A model generated the notes under the pieces. The model did no database searches, was not told the origin of the DNA, and saw only the letters and a list, made by a program, of their open reading frames with translations. The translations under genes were made by a program, and so were the position numbers. This document shows positions 19,612-28,217 of a stretch of DNA of 64,000 nt, piece after piece (the first letter of the stretch is position 1; the number at the start of each line of letters is the position of its first letter). The DNA lies in NCBI GenBank assembly GCA_049598495.1, contig JBMYNR010000002.1, positions 19,105 through 83,104 on the forward strand. The letters run 5' to 3'. Source of the stretch: Opitutales bacterium (lineage in GTDB: Bacteria; Verrucomicrobiota; Verrucomicrobiia; Opitutales; Coraliomargaritaceae).

Positions 19612-20396
19612 ATGGACTGCTGAAGAGCTGACTCGTTCTCCACTTGCAATTGAATCTCTTCAATCAGCTCACTTAGATCTGATTCGTTGAGAAGTCTACC
19701 GTTGCTATCAATGAGCGCAGAATATCCATGGCTCTGGCGCTGGTGGGCGAACATCTTGAGATAGGATGGAGTGATCCATCCATACATGACTGGATAATGC
19801 CAACCGATTTGAAAAACATTCTCGAGCAAATCATCATCGTCGATATCCAGAGCTAGAGCCACTGGTAAAACACCGAGTTCTTGGAGCAATTCGGAGTGCT
19901 CTTGCAAGGCAAGCAATTCTCCTGAGGATGATTCGATTTTAAAGTCCACGTAACAGACAAGTAGATAGTTCACATCCTCAAAATCGTACAGCTGCGTGGA
20001 GCGAAATTCCCTGTCCTCCTCGAGCACAAAAAACTTGTTATACAAGCGTGTGATATAGAGGTCATTTCGGAAATCTTCTCGATCACTTGCTTTTTCCACC
20101 AGCTGTTCGGCCGAATCCAGAATATCGGTCTGGTCGATTCTGACCTGGCGCACGCCATCGCGTCCAAAATCGATTAGAACCATCTCCCCTTCTACACGGG
20201 AAAGTATGCCACTCCAACCCTCTGGAATCGTCAGAGCGTCATCTTCAGACGAGAAAATTACTTCTTCGGTAAGGGTTACTCGAGAAGGCCAATATTTAGA
20301 AAGGATGTGAAGATTGCTCTCATCGACATTGGAATGAAGCAGTAATGGCGTGGTGAAGAGTGAAATAGTGGTAACAAGGAGATTTACAGTCTTCAT
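19602..20396 (-). CDS. hypothetical secreted protein; the C-terminal half resembles a thioredoxin/TlpA-like fold lacking CxxC
   Basis: 264 aa. Signal peptide MKTVNLLVTTISLFTTPLLL. The layout YLLVCYVDFKIESSSGELLALQE...VALALDIDDDD...ALIDSNGRLL mimics redoxin topology without the cysteines. Confidence 0.5.
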   Translation of the reverse strand: MKTVNLLVTTISLFTTPLLLHSNVDESNLHILSKYWPSRVTLTEEVIFSSEDDALTIPEGWSGILSRVEGEMVLIDFGRDGVRQVRIDQTDILDSAEQLVEKASDREDFRNDLYITRLYNKFFVLEEDREFRSTQLYDFEDVNYLLVCYVDFKIESSSGELLALQEHSELLQELGVLPVALALDIDDDDLLENVFQIGWHYPVMYGWITPSYLKMFAHQRQSHGYSALIDSNGRLLNESDLSELIEEIQLQVENESALQQSIQR

Positions 20397-20416
20397 AGAT
20401 GATCGATTGATATAGA

Positions 20417-20446
20417 AAAGGCGTAGGGCATTTGCCCTACGCCTTT
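20417..20446 (-). terminator. intrinsic terminator after the PEP-CTERM gene
   Basis: AAAGGCGTAGGGCA-TT-TGCCCTACGCCTTT, a 14-bp perfect stem. On the minus strand it is followed by TTTTC. Confidence 0.7.
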
Positions 20447-20464
20447 AAAATGAAACAAGTAGTA

Positions 20465-21214
20465 TTACTTGCGACGACGGATAGCAACAAAACCAAGCGC
20501 GATAACACCAGCAAGAGCGGCGAACGCACTGGGCTCAGGAACAACAGTACCGTAAACAGCAACGTTGTCGAGGAGGACAAACTCGTCGCCGAAGGCATTT
20601 GCATCGTTCAGGCCTGTGAATGAGAGGCGGAAGAAAATTTCGCTGGATGCTGTTGCGTCAGCAAAACCAAAGAAAGAACCTCCTTCATCACCACCAGCAA
20701 CTGCGTCAGAACCAAGGTTCAGATAGTTTGAGCCATCGAAGCTGTACTCCCAATCAAGAGTAACACCATCAGCGACACTACCACCGATACCTGCAGCGTA
20801 GCTGAGGCCCCAAGTGTTGAAAGCAGAGCCAGCATTAACAGCGATCACTACGTTTCCGGGGAAACCAGCAGTGTAACCATCAAGCAGCAAAGAGTTACTA
20901 CCGGAGAAATCCTCAGATGGAAGAGGACGAGTTGTGATGTCAGCGTTACTTGCAAGACCTGCTGGGTTGTTCGAATAAACAACATTAGAACCACCAGTTG
21001 AGTCTGTGGAGCCAAACTGACCATCGAAATGCACAGCACCGAAGTTGCCAGCATTCACGTCAGGCGCAAGGTCTGTAGTCTCGGCAGAGATGAAAGGGAG
21101 GCCGCCTGAATAATCAGTCACATCCGTAAAATCCCAACCTGCAATAAGGCTTTGAGCATTGGCGGCTGCAACTGACAAAAGAGATGCAGCAGCGATGTAT
21201 GTATATTTTTTCAT
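20465..21214 (-). CDS. PEP-CTERM sorting-domain surface protein
   Basis: 249 aa. Signal peptide. C-terminus VPEPSAFAALAGVIALGFVAIRRRK. Confidence 0.85.
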   Translation of the reverse strand: MKKYTYIAAASLLSVAAANAQSLIAGWDFTDVTDYSGGLPFISAETTDLAPDVNAGNFGAVHFDGQFGSTDSTGGSNVVYSNNPAGLASNADITTRPLPSEDFSGSNSLLLDGYTAGFPGNVVIAVNAGSAFNTWGLSYAAGIGGSVADGVTLDWEYSFDGSNYLNLGSDAVAGGDEGGSFFGFADATASSEIFFRLSFTGLNDANAFGDEFVLLDNVAVYGTVVPEPSAFAALAGVIALGFVAIRRRK

Positions 21215-21236
21215 TTTTAACTTAGTCGGATTAAAT

Positions 21237-21267
21237 ACTTCCCTACCCCAATACGAGGCAGGGAAGT
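21237..21267 (-). terminator. hairpin after the beta-helix-like gene
   Basis: ACTTCCCTAC...GCAGGGAAGT, a 10-bp stem with one mismatch. Weak T-tract. Confidence 0.35.
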
Positions 21268-21277
21268 AGATTAAATC

Positions 21278-22849
21278 TTAGAGACGGTCAACGATGATTC
21301 CAGCAGTATTGAGAGCTGTCCAACCTGTTGTCCAGAGCTCAAGAGAAGCATTCGGTTGGAATGCACCACGGTATGACTGGGCGTCGAAGAAGTTGCTGCC
21401 CAGATCGACTGTGCTGCCCCATGCTGCGGAACTATCAGGATTAGGAACTGGATTGAATGTACCACCAGTCAGATCAGAAAGATCGATGCCACCTTGGTCG
21501 ACAGCGAAGAAACCTGTACCAACTTGGCCGAAACCTGGGTCAGCGCTAGCAATATTTGCTTCGGATTCACCTTCAGTGTTGTTGATGATACCTTCTTCGA
21601 AAGCAGAGTTCGCGATAGTGGCAGCTGTGCCAGAACCAACATTGAAGAAAGTAAGACCAGCGATGTTGAATGTGCCGGCTGTTACACGATTTTGAGACTT
21701 AACACTTGGGTAGCCGAACAGAACAGGGAGATCAGTGCCCGCAAAAAGAACACCACCAGTGTTGTCAACGCGAAGACCCTTGGTGGATGGGAAACCAGCG
21801 ATCAGGCTATTCTTGAAGCTGCCACCGAAACCACGACGGAAGCGTGTAGCAGTATCATCAGAGCCGAGCATACCGATAACTGTGAAGTTAGCAAGGTGCG
21901 CGGAAGCAAATGGACGACCGTCAGCAGAGATGTTGTCTTCGTCACCATTACCTGGAGTGCCGTCGAAATCATCTGTGTCATCCCCATCAAGCTCAATAGC
22001 GTGGTCAGCTGTGATTGTGTTACCATTTACGATCAAAACGTTCTGAGCGAAACCGTTCCAGCCGTGGTCACCGTCGAAGCCATCGTCATCGTGGCCGAAA
22101 AGAACGAGATTCTTAACACCAACTGTGCCACCGAAGATTTCGATACCGTCATCACCGGAACCGAAGACTTCAACGAACTGAACCTTAGTGCCAAAACCTA
22201 CACCACCGAGTGTGAGGCCTTGAATCTCTTGACCATCAACAATAACGTCACCGGAGTAACGGATTGAGATGTATTCAAGAACACCAGAGTTGTCATTCGC
22301 ATCGAAGCCACCGTAGAGGCTACGGGCATCCTCTGTGATACCTTCAATGTAAGCTTCACCAGGAGAACCAGTGTCAACAGTACCTACATTACAAGGAGCA
22401 TTACCAAGAACAACCAAAGCGCCCCAGAGATTAGCAGCTACAGCGATTGGAGATGTTTTTGGAGCTGCATCCAAGAATGTATCACCAGATGTCCAGCGAC
22501 CATTGGAGTCGTCAGCAGCAGTTGTGAAAATGATAGGATTACTTTGTGTGCCTGAAGCATTAATCTTACCATCACGAGTGATGACAAGAAGGCCAGGCTC
22601 ACCACCCACGTCAGGTTGACCACGAACGATCACACCTTCTTGGATTGTAAGAGTCGCGTCGTTTTGAACGAAGAGAGGACCCTCAAGAATGAACTCACCG
22701 TTAGCAGGAAGAGTTAGGTCGCCAGTCAGGTTAAAGGAACCGTCACCCACATCAGTGATCTGAGAGAAGTTCGCGTTTACAAGAGATGTCTGTGCGAAAG
22801 CAGATGTGGCCATCGCAGCAGCAGCAATTGTTAGTGTAAGTTTTTTCAT
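21278..22849 (-). CDS. secreted Gly/Asp-rich repeat protein, probably parallel beta-helix; function unknown
   Basis: 523 aa. Signal peptide MKKLTLTIAAAAMATSAFA. Repeated turns such as GSGDDGIEIFGGTVGVKNLVLFGHDDDGFDGDHGW. No cysteines. Confidence 0.6.
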   Translation of the reverse strand: MKKLTLTIAAAAMATSAFAQTSLVNANFSQITDVGDGSFNLTGDLTLPANGEFILEGPLFVQNDATLTIQEGVIVRGQPDVGGEPGLLVITRDGKINASGTQSNPIIFTTAADDSNGRWTSGDTFLDAAPKTSPIAVAANLWGALVVLGNAPCNVGTVDTGSPGEAYIEGITEDARSLYGGFDANDNSGVLEYISIRYSGDVIVDGQEIQGLTLGGVGFGTKVQFVEVFGSGDDGIEIFGGTVGVKNLVLFGHDDDGFDGDHGWNGFAQNVLIVNGNTITADHAIELDGDDTDDFDGTPGNGDEDNISADGRPFASAHLANFTVIGMLGSDDTATRFRRGFGGSFKNSLIAGFPSTKGLRVDNTGGVLFAGTDLPVLFGYPSVKSQNRVTAGTFNIAGLTFFNVGSGTAATIANSAFEEGIINNTEGESEANIASADPGFGQVGTGFFAVDQGGIDLSDLTGGTFNPVPNPDSSAAWGSTVDLGSNFFDAQSYRGAFQPNASLELWTTGWTALNTAGIIVDRL

Positions 22850-22953
22850 AGTAGAATTTAAGTTATGATGAAGCCTGAGAAGTCAGGCGTATAGAGTGTA
22901 GTTCAGAATAGTCACAGTCTTGCGGTACAAATGTTACGATTTTGTAAACTAGA

Positions 22954-25900
22954 CTAAAAAGTATAACTTCCTGAGATAGAGAAGGAGCGCCCTTTACGGT
23001 AGGAATACTTTTCATCATCGACAATATCGGGATCGTAGATAACCCTGCGCACACTATCTGTTAAATTGTTGACACGCAGGCTGATAGAAAAGTTGTCCGA
23101 TATCTTCTGTTTGATATTTAAACCTAATTCAAAGTAGGAGTCAGTATACTCGTCGAGTAAAGAAAGCGCATTGTTTTCAGCACGGCCTGAACCCACGGCA
23201 GTAAGTACTTGGCTCTGGCCGTAGAGATAAAGCGTCGCCGTCGTTTCTGTTGGGAACTCGACAGTCACATCTGCATTCAGGATCCATTCTGGCTGATCGT
23301 AGAGACCGCGAGCACCCGGCAAGTCAAGCTGACCATTCTCGTCAAGGAAAGGTGAGATGAAGTAAAAATCGCCACTCCCGTCGTTCAGCGGAACCGCAGA
23401 CGTATAAGTGCTCACGATGTTACGAGGGCGATCAATCTCTGAATCAATCAAGGTAGCATTGAAGCCAACGCTGACATTGCTGAAGATTTCATCAGAGCCC
23501 AGCCACGAGTCGACAAAATCGAGTCCGGACCGACCTTCAATTTCGATTCCCTGGAGAGTTCCCTTGTTTTCATTATTGATATACGAAGTGAATTCGTAAC
23601 GAAAACCACCCAACAGTTTAATTTTTTCGATCGAGTTTTCGATCTCCTTCGAGAATATACTAAATGAGATATACCCGTTATTAGGCAAAGTATAGTCAAC
23701 ACGCAGGTCATAACTCGTTACCTCAGATTGAGTTAGGTTGGGATTACCTAAAATAATCTCACCCGCACTAGCTTCATAGTCGAAATACGGAGAGAACTCA
23801 CGAAAGGAGGGATATGCCTCTGTCTTCGTGTAACCGGCTCTGAGCGTAAGATCGTCCGTAATGTCCACTTGAAGAACAATCGATGGCAGGGCGACATCTC
23901 TCTCCAGTAAGCCACTGGCATCTCCAGTTGGAATTTCCGGATAGCCGAGTATCTCAGCGTTGGACAGCGGCCCATCAACAGTAGGATATGTTCCACTAAG
24001 AAGGTCTCCTAAGCTAAATCCGTCCTGTCCGTTACTTCCGGCAAGCTCGGCATTACCGCTAGCCTCAAGCTCCATATTTACAAATCGGCTGCCCAAAGTG
24101 AGCTGAATTTTATCACTGATAGGAACCGAGGTCTGTAGATAAACAGATTCAACTTCACGAGACACGCTCGCCCCGGATTCATATATCTCTCCATTGAGGA
24201 GAAAGGTATCATCATTGGTAACAGGGGTTCCTCCACCAGTCTGAGGCAGATTGCTTATATTCTGAGCTAGCGCGCCCGGATTGGAGCCAACCTGATTTGG
24301 GCCATCCAAAGCAGTGATCACCTCCGCATTCTTCCCAGAAACTTCACGCTCAATTGTCTCGGTAAAGTATCCTCCGGTGAAAGCGACATCCCTGTCTACC
24401 CAGAAGGCTGGCATCTTGTGCTCAAAATCTACACGCTTCGCGTCACTCTCGTGCTCAATACTCTGAGATGACATCAATAGGTAAGCAGGGTTTCCCTGCG
24501 CGTTTGCACTATCGACATAAAAGTCTCCCGCCCCAAGCACTCGACCGCTATCGACAGTATCCACGAGAGCTTGATAGTAATCAAACTCTGTTCTCAAAGG
24601 GATGACACTTGTAACTTCAGAATCAGATAGACCCCAAGAAAGCCATGTCTCATACCCTGTAAGCTCACTTAGATCATGATTACCAAAGATTTGATTGGCC
24701 TCAAGGGTGCGCTCTTCGTATTCAACGGTATCCTCACCTGCTACATAGGACGGAGGTAATATAGTTCCACTATTGCGGAACTCAGCTAAACGAGCTTGCG
24801 AATCTTCTCTGAAGAGTGAGCCATCAGTCGACGGATCGCCGATGATAGAAAAAGGATTTGTGTCCCCATCAATACGCACGTGACCGTCAGAAAAACGGTT
24901 CACTCGGTCAACACGACTTTCACTAAACAGACGAACAAGTGAGATCTTGTGCTCCTCTTCAGGGCCGAAGCCAAATTGACCTCCTAACAAGTAGCCGAAT
25001 AGGGAATTAGATTCCGATTGCTGGTAATCATACTCGACCGCTTTGATTGTATCACCGTTAGTGGGATCATAAAGACTACCAGGCCTATATTCAGAAGATA
25101 GATCCTCAGGAGAAATGCCAGGAAGATTGGGTTCCGATCCAGGAGGGAAGTTTCCCGCGAAACCAAATGGCGGCACGAAGCGCGGGCTAGCCTGCGGATT
25201 ACTGGAAACCGATCTTTCCGCATACGTGCCTCCGCTTTTATTACTCGAATTGGAATCATAAGTTGTGGAAACTACAAAACGAAAATTTGAAAGGAAATTA
25301 CTACCTGTTTCGTAACGATCACCAAAACTCACTTGAAGGCTTCCAGCCGGCATAGGGTCGCGCTCTTCAGCACCTCCCAACACGATGGGCGATGTCACTT
25401 CATTAAAGCCTGAATCCGGTTCAGTCAGATTATCTGGACGACCTGGTGATGCGAACGGATTGACATGATCACTCTCAGAGTAAGGAGACCTCAGGAAGCC
25501 GTCCCAGTTGTCATTATAACGAAGCCCGACTTTGGCCTCAGCGAAGAACTCGTCGGGAAAAGCACGCGTCGAAAGCTCAAAAACACCACCGCCTGAATTG
25601 CCGGGAAATTCTGCCAAGAAAATCTTATTAGTTACGATATTATCAATAATCGAAGATGGGAACAGGTCCAACTGAACTCCTTGACGCAGGGGGTCGGGGC
25701 TGGGGACTGGCAACCCGTTCACGAGTGTGCTGTTGTAACGATCACTAAGCCCGCGAACAACAGCAAACTTACCTTCAACAACAGTCACGCCAGTGATCTT
25801 TTTAACTAGATCAGACAGATCCGAACCTCCAAACTTTGAGAAATCTTCCGCCGACAGGAAATCGACCGCACCAACTGATAATTGCTTCAAATCAATCAAA

Positions 25901-26550
25901 GCCATCATCTCGTTAGCTTCCTCGGCAGTGACCGTGAAATCCTGAAGCTCGTATACCTCATCCGACATGTCAGCTGGACGAGGCGGGAGCGCAAACGGGA
26001 AGACACTTACCTGTCCCCCGGCAACCGTGTAGTCGGTAACATTGGCCTCGATGTAACCTGTCTTAATAAAACTAATCGTATATAGACCCGCCGGAATTGG
26101 CCCCAGCGAGTAACGACCATCCTCCGCTGTGACCGTTGCAATCTCCGTACCTTCGATGATGATCGCGGCGCCAGCAAGGGGTTCTCCTGTATCTTGGTCT
26201 AAAATTTGGCCGGAAACAATGCCCTCATCTGCAGCTAGCGTGCCTTCAAACTCAGCAGCGGTTTCTTGAGCTTCTACGACAGACTGAACAACAAATTCAT
26301 CCGCTCCTTCTACAAGGGGCGTTTCTGCTGAGGCAGCATCAGTAGAAGCAATGTCAATGGCGCCCTCTTCGGAGCTTTCTGTGACTCCTTGTAGCTCACG
26401 CTCGCGCTGCTCGCGCTCGGCTTCTTTGATCGCCTCGACCTGATCTTTGTATTGATCAGGCACCACGATTTCGATCGCGCTCAATGAGGCGAAGCAAAAT
26501 AGAGAGGATACGGCAGCAAGCAGTGCCTTGTTGAGAGATTTCGTTTTCAT
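22954..26550 (-). CDS. TonB-dependent outer-membrane receptor with N-terminal carboxypeptidase-regulatory-like domain
   Basis: Start taken at ATG 26550 (MKTKSLNKALLAAVSSLFCFASLSA signal peptide). GQILDQDTGEPLAGAAIIIEG...GRYSLGPIPAGLYTISF. Plug region TVVEGKFAVVRGLSDRYNSTLVNG. Terminal ...SISGSYTF. Confidence 0.85.
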   Translation of the reverse strand: MKTKSLNKALLAAVSSLFCFASLSAIEIVVPDQYKDQVEAIKEAEREQRERELQGVTESSEEGAIDIASTDAASAETPLVEGADEFVVQSVVEAQETAAEFEGTLAADEGIVSGQILDQDTGEPLAGAAIIIEGTEIATVTAEDGRYSLGPIPAGLYTISFIKTGYIEANVTDYTVAGGQVSVFPFALPPRPADMSDEVYELQDFTVTAEEANEMMALIDLKQLSVGAVDFLSAEDFSKFGGSDLSDLVKKITGVTVVEGKFAVVRGLSDRYNSTLVNGLPVPSPDPLRQGVQLDLFPSSIIDNIVTNKIFLAEFPGNSGGGVFELSTRAFPDEFFAEAKVGLRYNDNWDGFLRSPYSESDHVNPFASPGRPDNLTEPDSGFNEVTSPIVLGGAEERDPMPAGSLQVSFGDRYETGSNFLSNFRFVVSTTYDSNSSNKSGGTYAERSVSSNPQASPRFVPPFGFAGNFPPGSEPNLPGISPEDLSSEYRPGSLYDPTNGDTIKAVEYDYQQSESNSLFGYLLGGQFGFGPEEEHKISLVRLFSESRVDRVNRFSDGHVRIDGDTNPFSIIGDPSTDGSLFREDSQARLAEFRNSGTILPPSYVAGEDTVEYEERTLEANQIFGNHDLSELTGYETWLSWGLSDSEVTSVIPLRTEFDYYQALVDTVDSGRVLGAGDFYVDSANAQGNPAYLLMSSQSIEHESDAKRVDFEHKMPAFWVDRDVAFTGGYFTETIEREVSGKNAEVITALDGPNQVGSNPGALAQNISNLPQTGGGTPVTNDDTFLLNGEIYESGASVSREVESVYLQTSVPISDKIQLTLGSRFVNMELEASGNAELAGSNGQDGFSLGDLLSGTYPTVDGPLSNAEILGYPEIPTGDASGLLERDVALPSIVLQVDITDDLTLRAGYTKTEAYPSFREFSPYFDYEASAGEIILGNPNLTQSEVTSYDLRVDYTLPNNGYISFSIFSKEIENSIEKIKLLGGFRYEFTSYINNENKGTLQGIEIEGRSGLDFVDSWLGSDEIFSNVSVGFNATLIDSEIDRPRNIVSTYTSAVPLNDGSGDFYFISPFLDENGQLDLPGARGLYDQPEWILNADVTVEFPTETTATLYLYGQSQVLTAVGSGRAENNALSLLDEYTDSYFELGLNIKQKISDNFSISLRVNNLTDSVRRVIYDPDIVDDEKYSYRKGRSFSISGSYTF

Positions 26551-26672
26551 GTGTCGCTTGTTAAGAGATAACCCGCCACATGTGTATGTAGGCGGGGTAA
26601 CGCGCACCGTAATGCGACCACGAAACAACGGCTCAATTCCAAAGTTACATGAGGCCAGAAATATTACGCCTC

Positions 26673-26707
26673 TGTAACTTTTGTAACATTTGTGACACAA
26701 TTGTGTC
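26673..26707. promoter_or_regulatory. array TGTAAC-N3-TGTAAC-N3-TGTGAC-N5-TGTGTC, including the 14-bp palindrome GACACAATTGTGTC (26694-26707)
   Basis: Read directly. 120-160 nt upstream of the receptor start on the opposite strand. Confidence 0.4.
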
Positions 26708-26804
26708 TCAAAACGCGATATTCGGGCCCCAGAATGGAGGGACAGCGTCCCCGCTGTCCGCATTTGGACCTAGGGCTAGGGCATCCTGCGTTTAGCTTGA
26801 AGTA

Positions 26805-26872
26805 TGTAGCCGCCTCACTCTGTTGAGGCGTTTCTACAGGCTGACACGGCAACGGAGTGCCGTGGCTACACC
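26805..26872. repeat. two adjacent REP-like hairpins each followed by CTAC, enclosed by GTAGCC/GGCTAC
   Basis: CGCCTCA-CTCTGT-TGAGGCG then TTTCTACAGG. CACGGCA-ACGGAG-TGCCGTG then GCTACACC. An outer GTAGCC (26805-10) pairs with GGCTAC (26864-69). Confidence 0.6.
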
Positions 26873-26887
26873 ACCTTTCTCCAATGG

Positions 26888-28075
26888 CTATTGCTGGTTA
26901 CTGTCTTCAAGCGATTCAACGACCTCCTCAACCGCGACATCGTCCACTTCTTCCACCACAGTGGTCGTCTGGTCCGCTTCCGTGATGGCTTGATTTACAG
27001 GCTTGATCAGGAGCGGAAGGAAAAGCGCCAGCAAAACCGCAATCGCAGAACCGAAGAATGCTTTGCCTGCATCTCGGAAGATGAGGTTTGAAACTTTCTT
27101 CTTGGTGCGGTGGCGCAAGCGAAGCGCGATACCGACTTCACGACCCGCAAGAAGGCCGAGGAACACCCACGTTGTACTCATTGGCATCTTTTCGGGCCAA
27201 GGCACTTCCATGTTCATGGCCACAAAGAGCTTTGGAATGTAGTCTACCTTGAAAAAGAGCAGAACGAGACCGTAGAGCAAATCGATGAATGTCGCGGACC
27301 TGACATCCAGCGTGTTGGTCTTATTCGTGACCACATGTTGAATCTTGCCTCCCTTCTCCTTGAATAGGTAGCCCTGCAGGAGAACCATACCGCCGAGCGA
27401 GAGCGCTAGCCCCCACCATGAGAGCTCGCGGGGAAGATAGACAAAGATGTTGGCCAGATCTTGGACCAGCCACATGGACCAGAGGAAGCCAGTGGAAAGC
27501 CACTGGAAGACCATCCAGTTGGGGTGAAGGGCATTGGCCCCTTCTTCATCTTCCTCGAGCTCTTTCGAAACCTTGCGCTCGAGGATGTAGATCACCGCGA
27601 AAAATAGAATCAACCCGAGCAGAAAGGCGATAGCGTAGCCGACCAGAGACTTCTCCATCATCGACTTGAAAAGGTCCACGGCTGCTTTTGGCGTGCTCCC
27701 CATCTGCGCGGCGACAAGGCCCTTGAATGCGGTCAACACGAGCAGCGACGTACTCACGGGGATGCCCATCCGGGTCAGAATGACTAAGCAGAGAGGCGGC
27801 AGAACGAAAAGCCAAGTAATGAGGCCCCCGATATCGTGGGGGTGCGGAATGTTTTTGCCGTCGGCAGCCAAGCGGCCGAAAGCGGGGTCACCACCGTTGG
27901 CGATCCAACCCCAAGTCACCGTCACCACCATGATACCGGAGATCCAGATCCAGAGCACCCACCACGGCCGCTTGGCGTTGGAGGCGAGGAATGTCCCCAA
28001 GGTCTGGATCGAGTCGTTCGCAACGATGGCGTAAGCAGCCATCGCAAATCCGAGGATCATAAAAATTTCGGCCAT
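26888..28075 (-). CDS. PiT/PHO4-like inorganic phosphate transporter (divergent)
   Basis: 395 aa, polytopic. IVANDSIQTLGTFL resembles the GANDxxN signature. GIPVSTSLLV and KMPMSTTWVFLGLLAG resemble the paired P-[VM]-S-T-[ST] motifs. Divergent from pstS. Confidence 0.5.
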   Translation of the reverse strand: MAEIFMILGFAMAAYAIVANDSIQTLGTFLASNAKRPWWVLWIWISGIMVVTVTWGWIANGGDPAFGRLAADGKNIPHPHDIGGLITWLFVLPPLCLVILTRMGIPVSTSLLVLTAFKGLVAAQMGSTPKAAVDLFKSMMEKSLVGYAIAFLLGLILFFAVIYILERKVSKELEEDEEGANALHPNWMVFQWLSTGFLWSMWLVQDLANIFVYLPRELSWWGLALSLGGMVLLQGYLFKEKGGKIQHVVTNKTNTLDVRSATFIDLLYGLVLLFFKVDYIPKLFVAMNMEVPWPEKMPMSTTWVFLGLLAGREVGIALRLRHRTKKKVSNLIFRDAGKAFFGSAIAVLLALFLPLLIKPVNQAITEADQTTTVVEEVDDVAVEEVVESLEDSNQQ

Positions 28076-28137
28076 AAAAATTTCGATCTAGGATAGGTAG
28101 AGAGAAATATTTGCTAAGTCCAAGCAAAAGCCCACCG

Positions 28138-28155
28138 GTGTCACGCAATTGTTAC
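28138..28155. promoter_or_regulatory. Pho-box-like direct repeat GTGTCAC-GCAA-TTGTTAC (11-nt period)
   Basis: Lies in the divergent promoter region between the PiT-like gene and pstS. Same architecture as the CTGTCAT-N4-CTGTCAT PhoB box. Confidence 0.4.
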
Positions 28156-28217
28156 AAGCGGCGGGCAGTTTCGATTTTTCAAAAACGGAATATTTTGTTT
28201 TCATATGAGGTTCGGGC

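Noticed and set aside
21494-22267. 257-aa plus-strand ORF
   Set aside because: It is antisense to the 523-aa secreted repeat protein. That protein has a signal peptide and a consistent repeat structure, and this ORF has neither.
26551-26763. 71-aa N-terminal extension of the receptor ORF
   Set aside because: The extension has no signal peptide and would cover the half-site array. The internal ATG at 26550 gives a canonical signal peptide.
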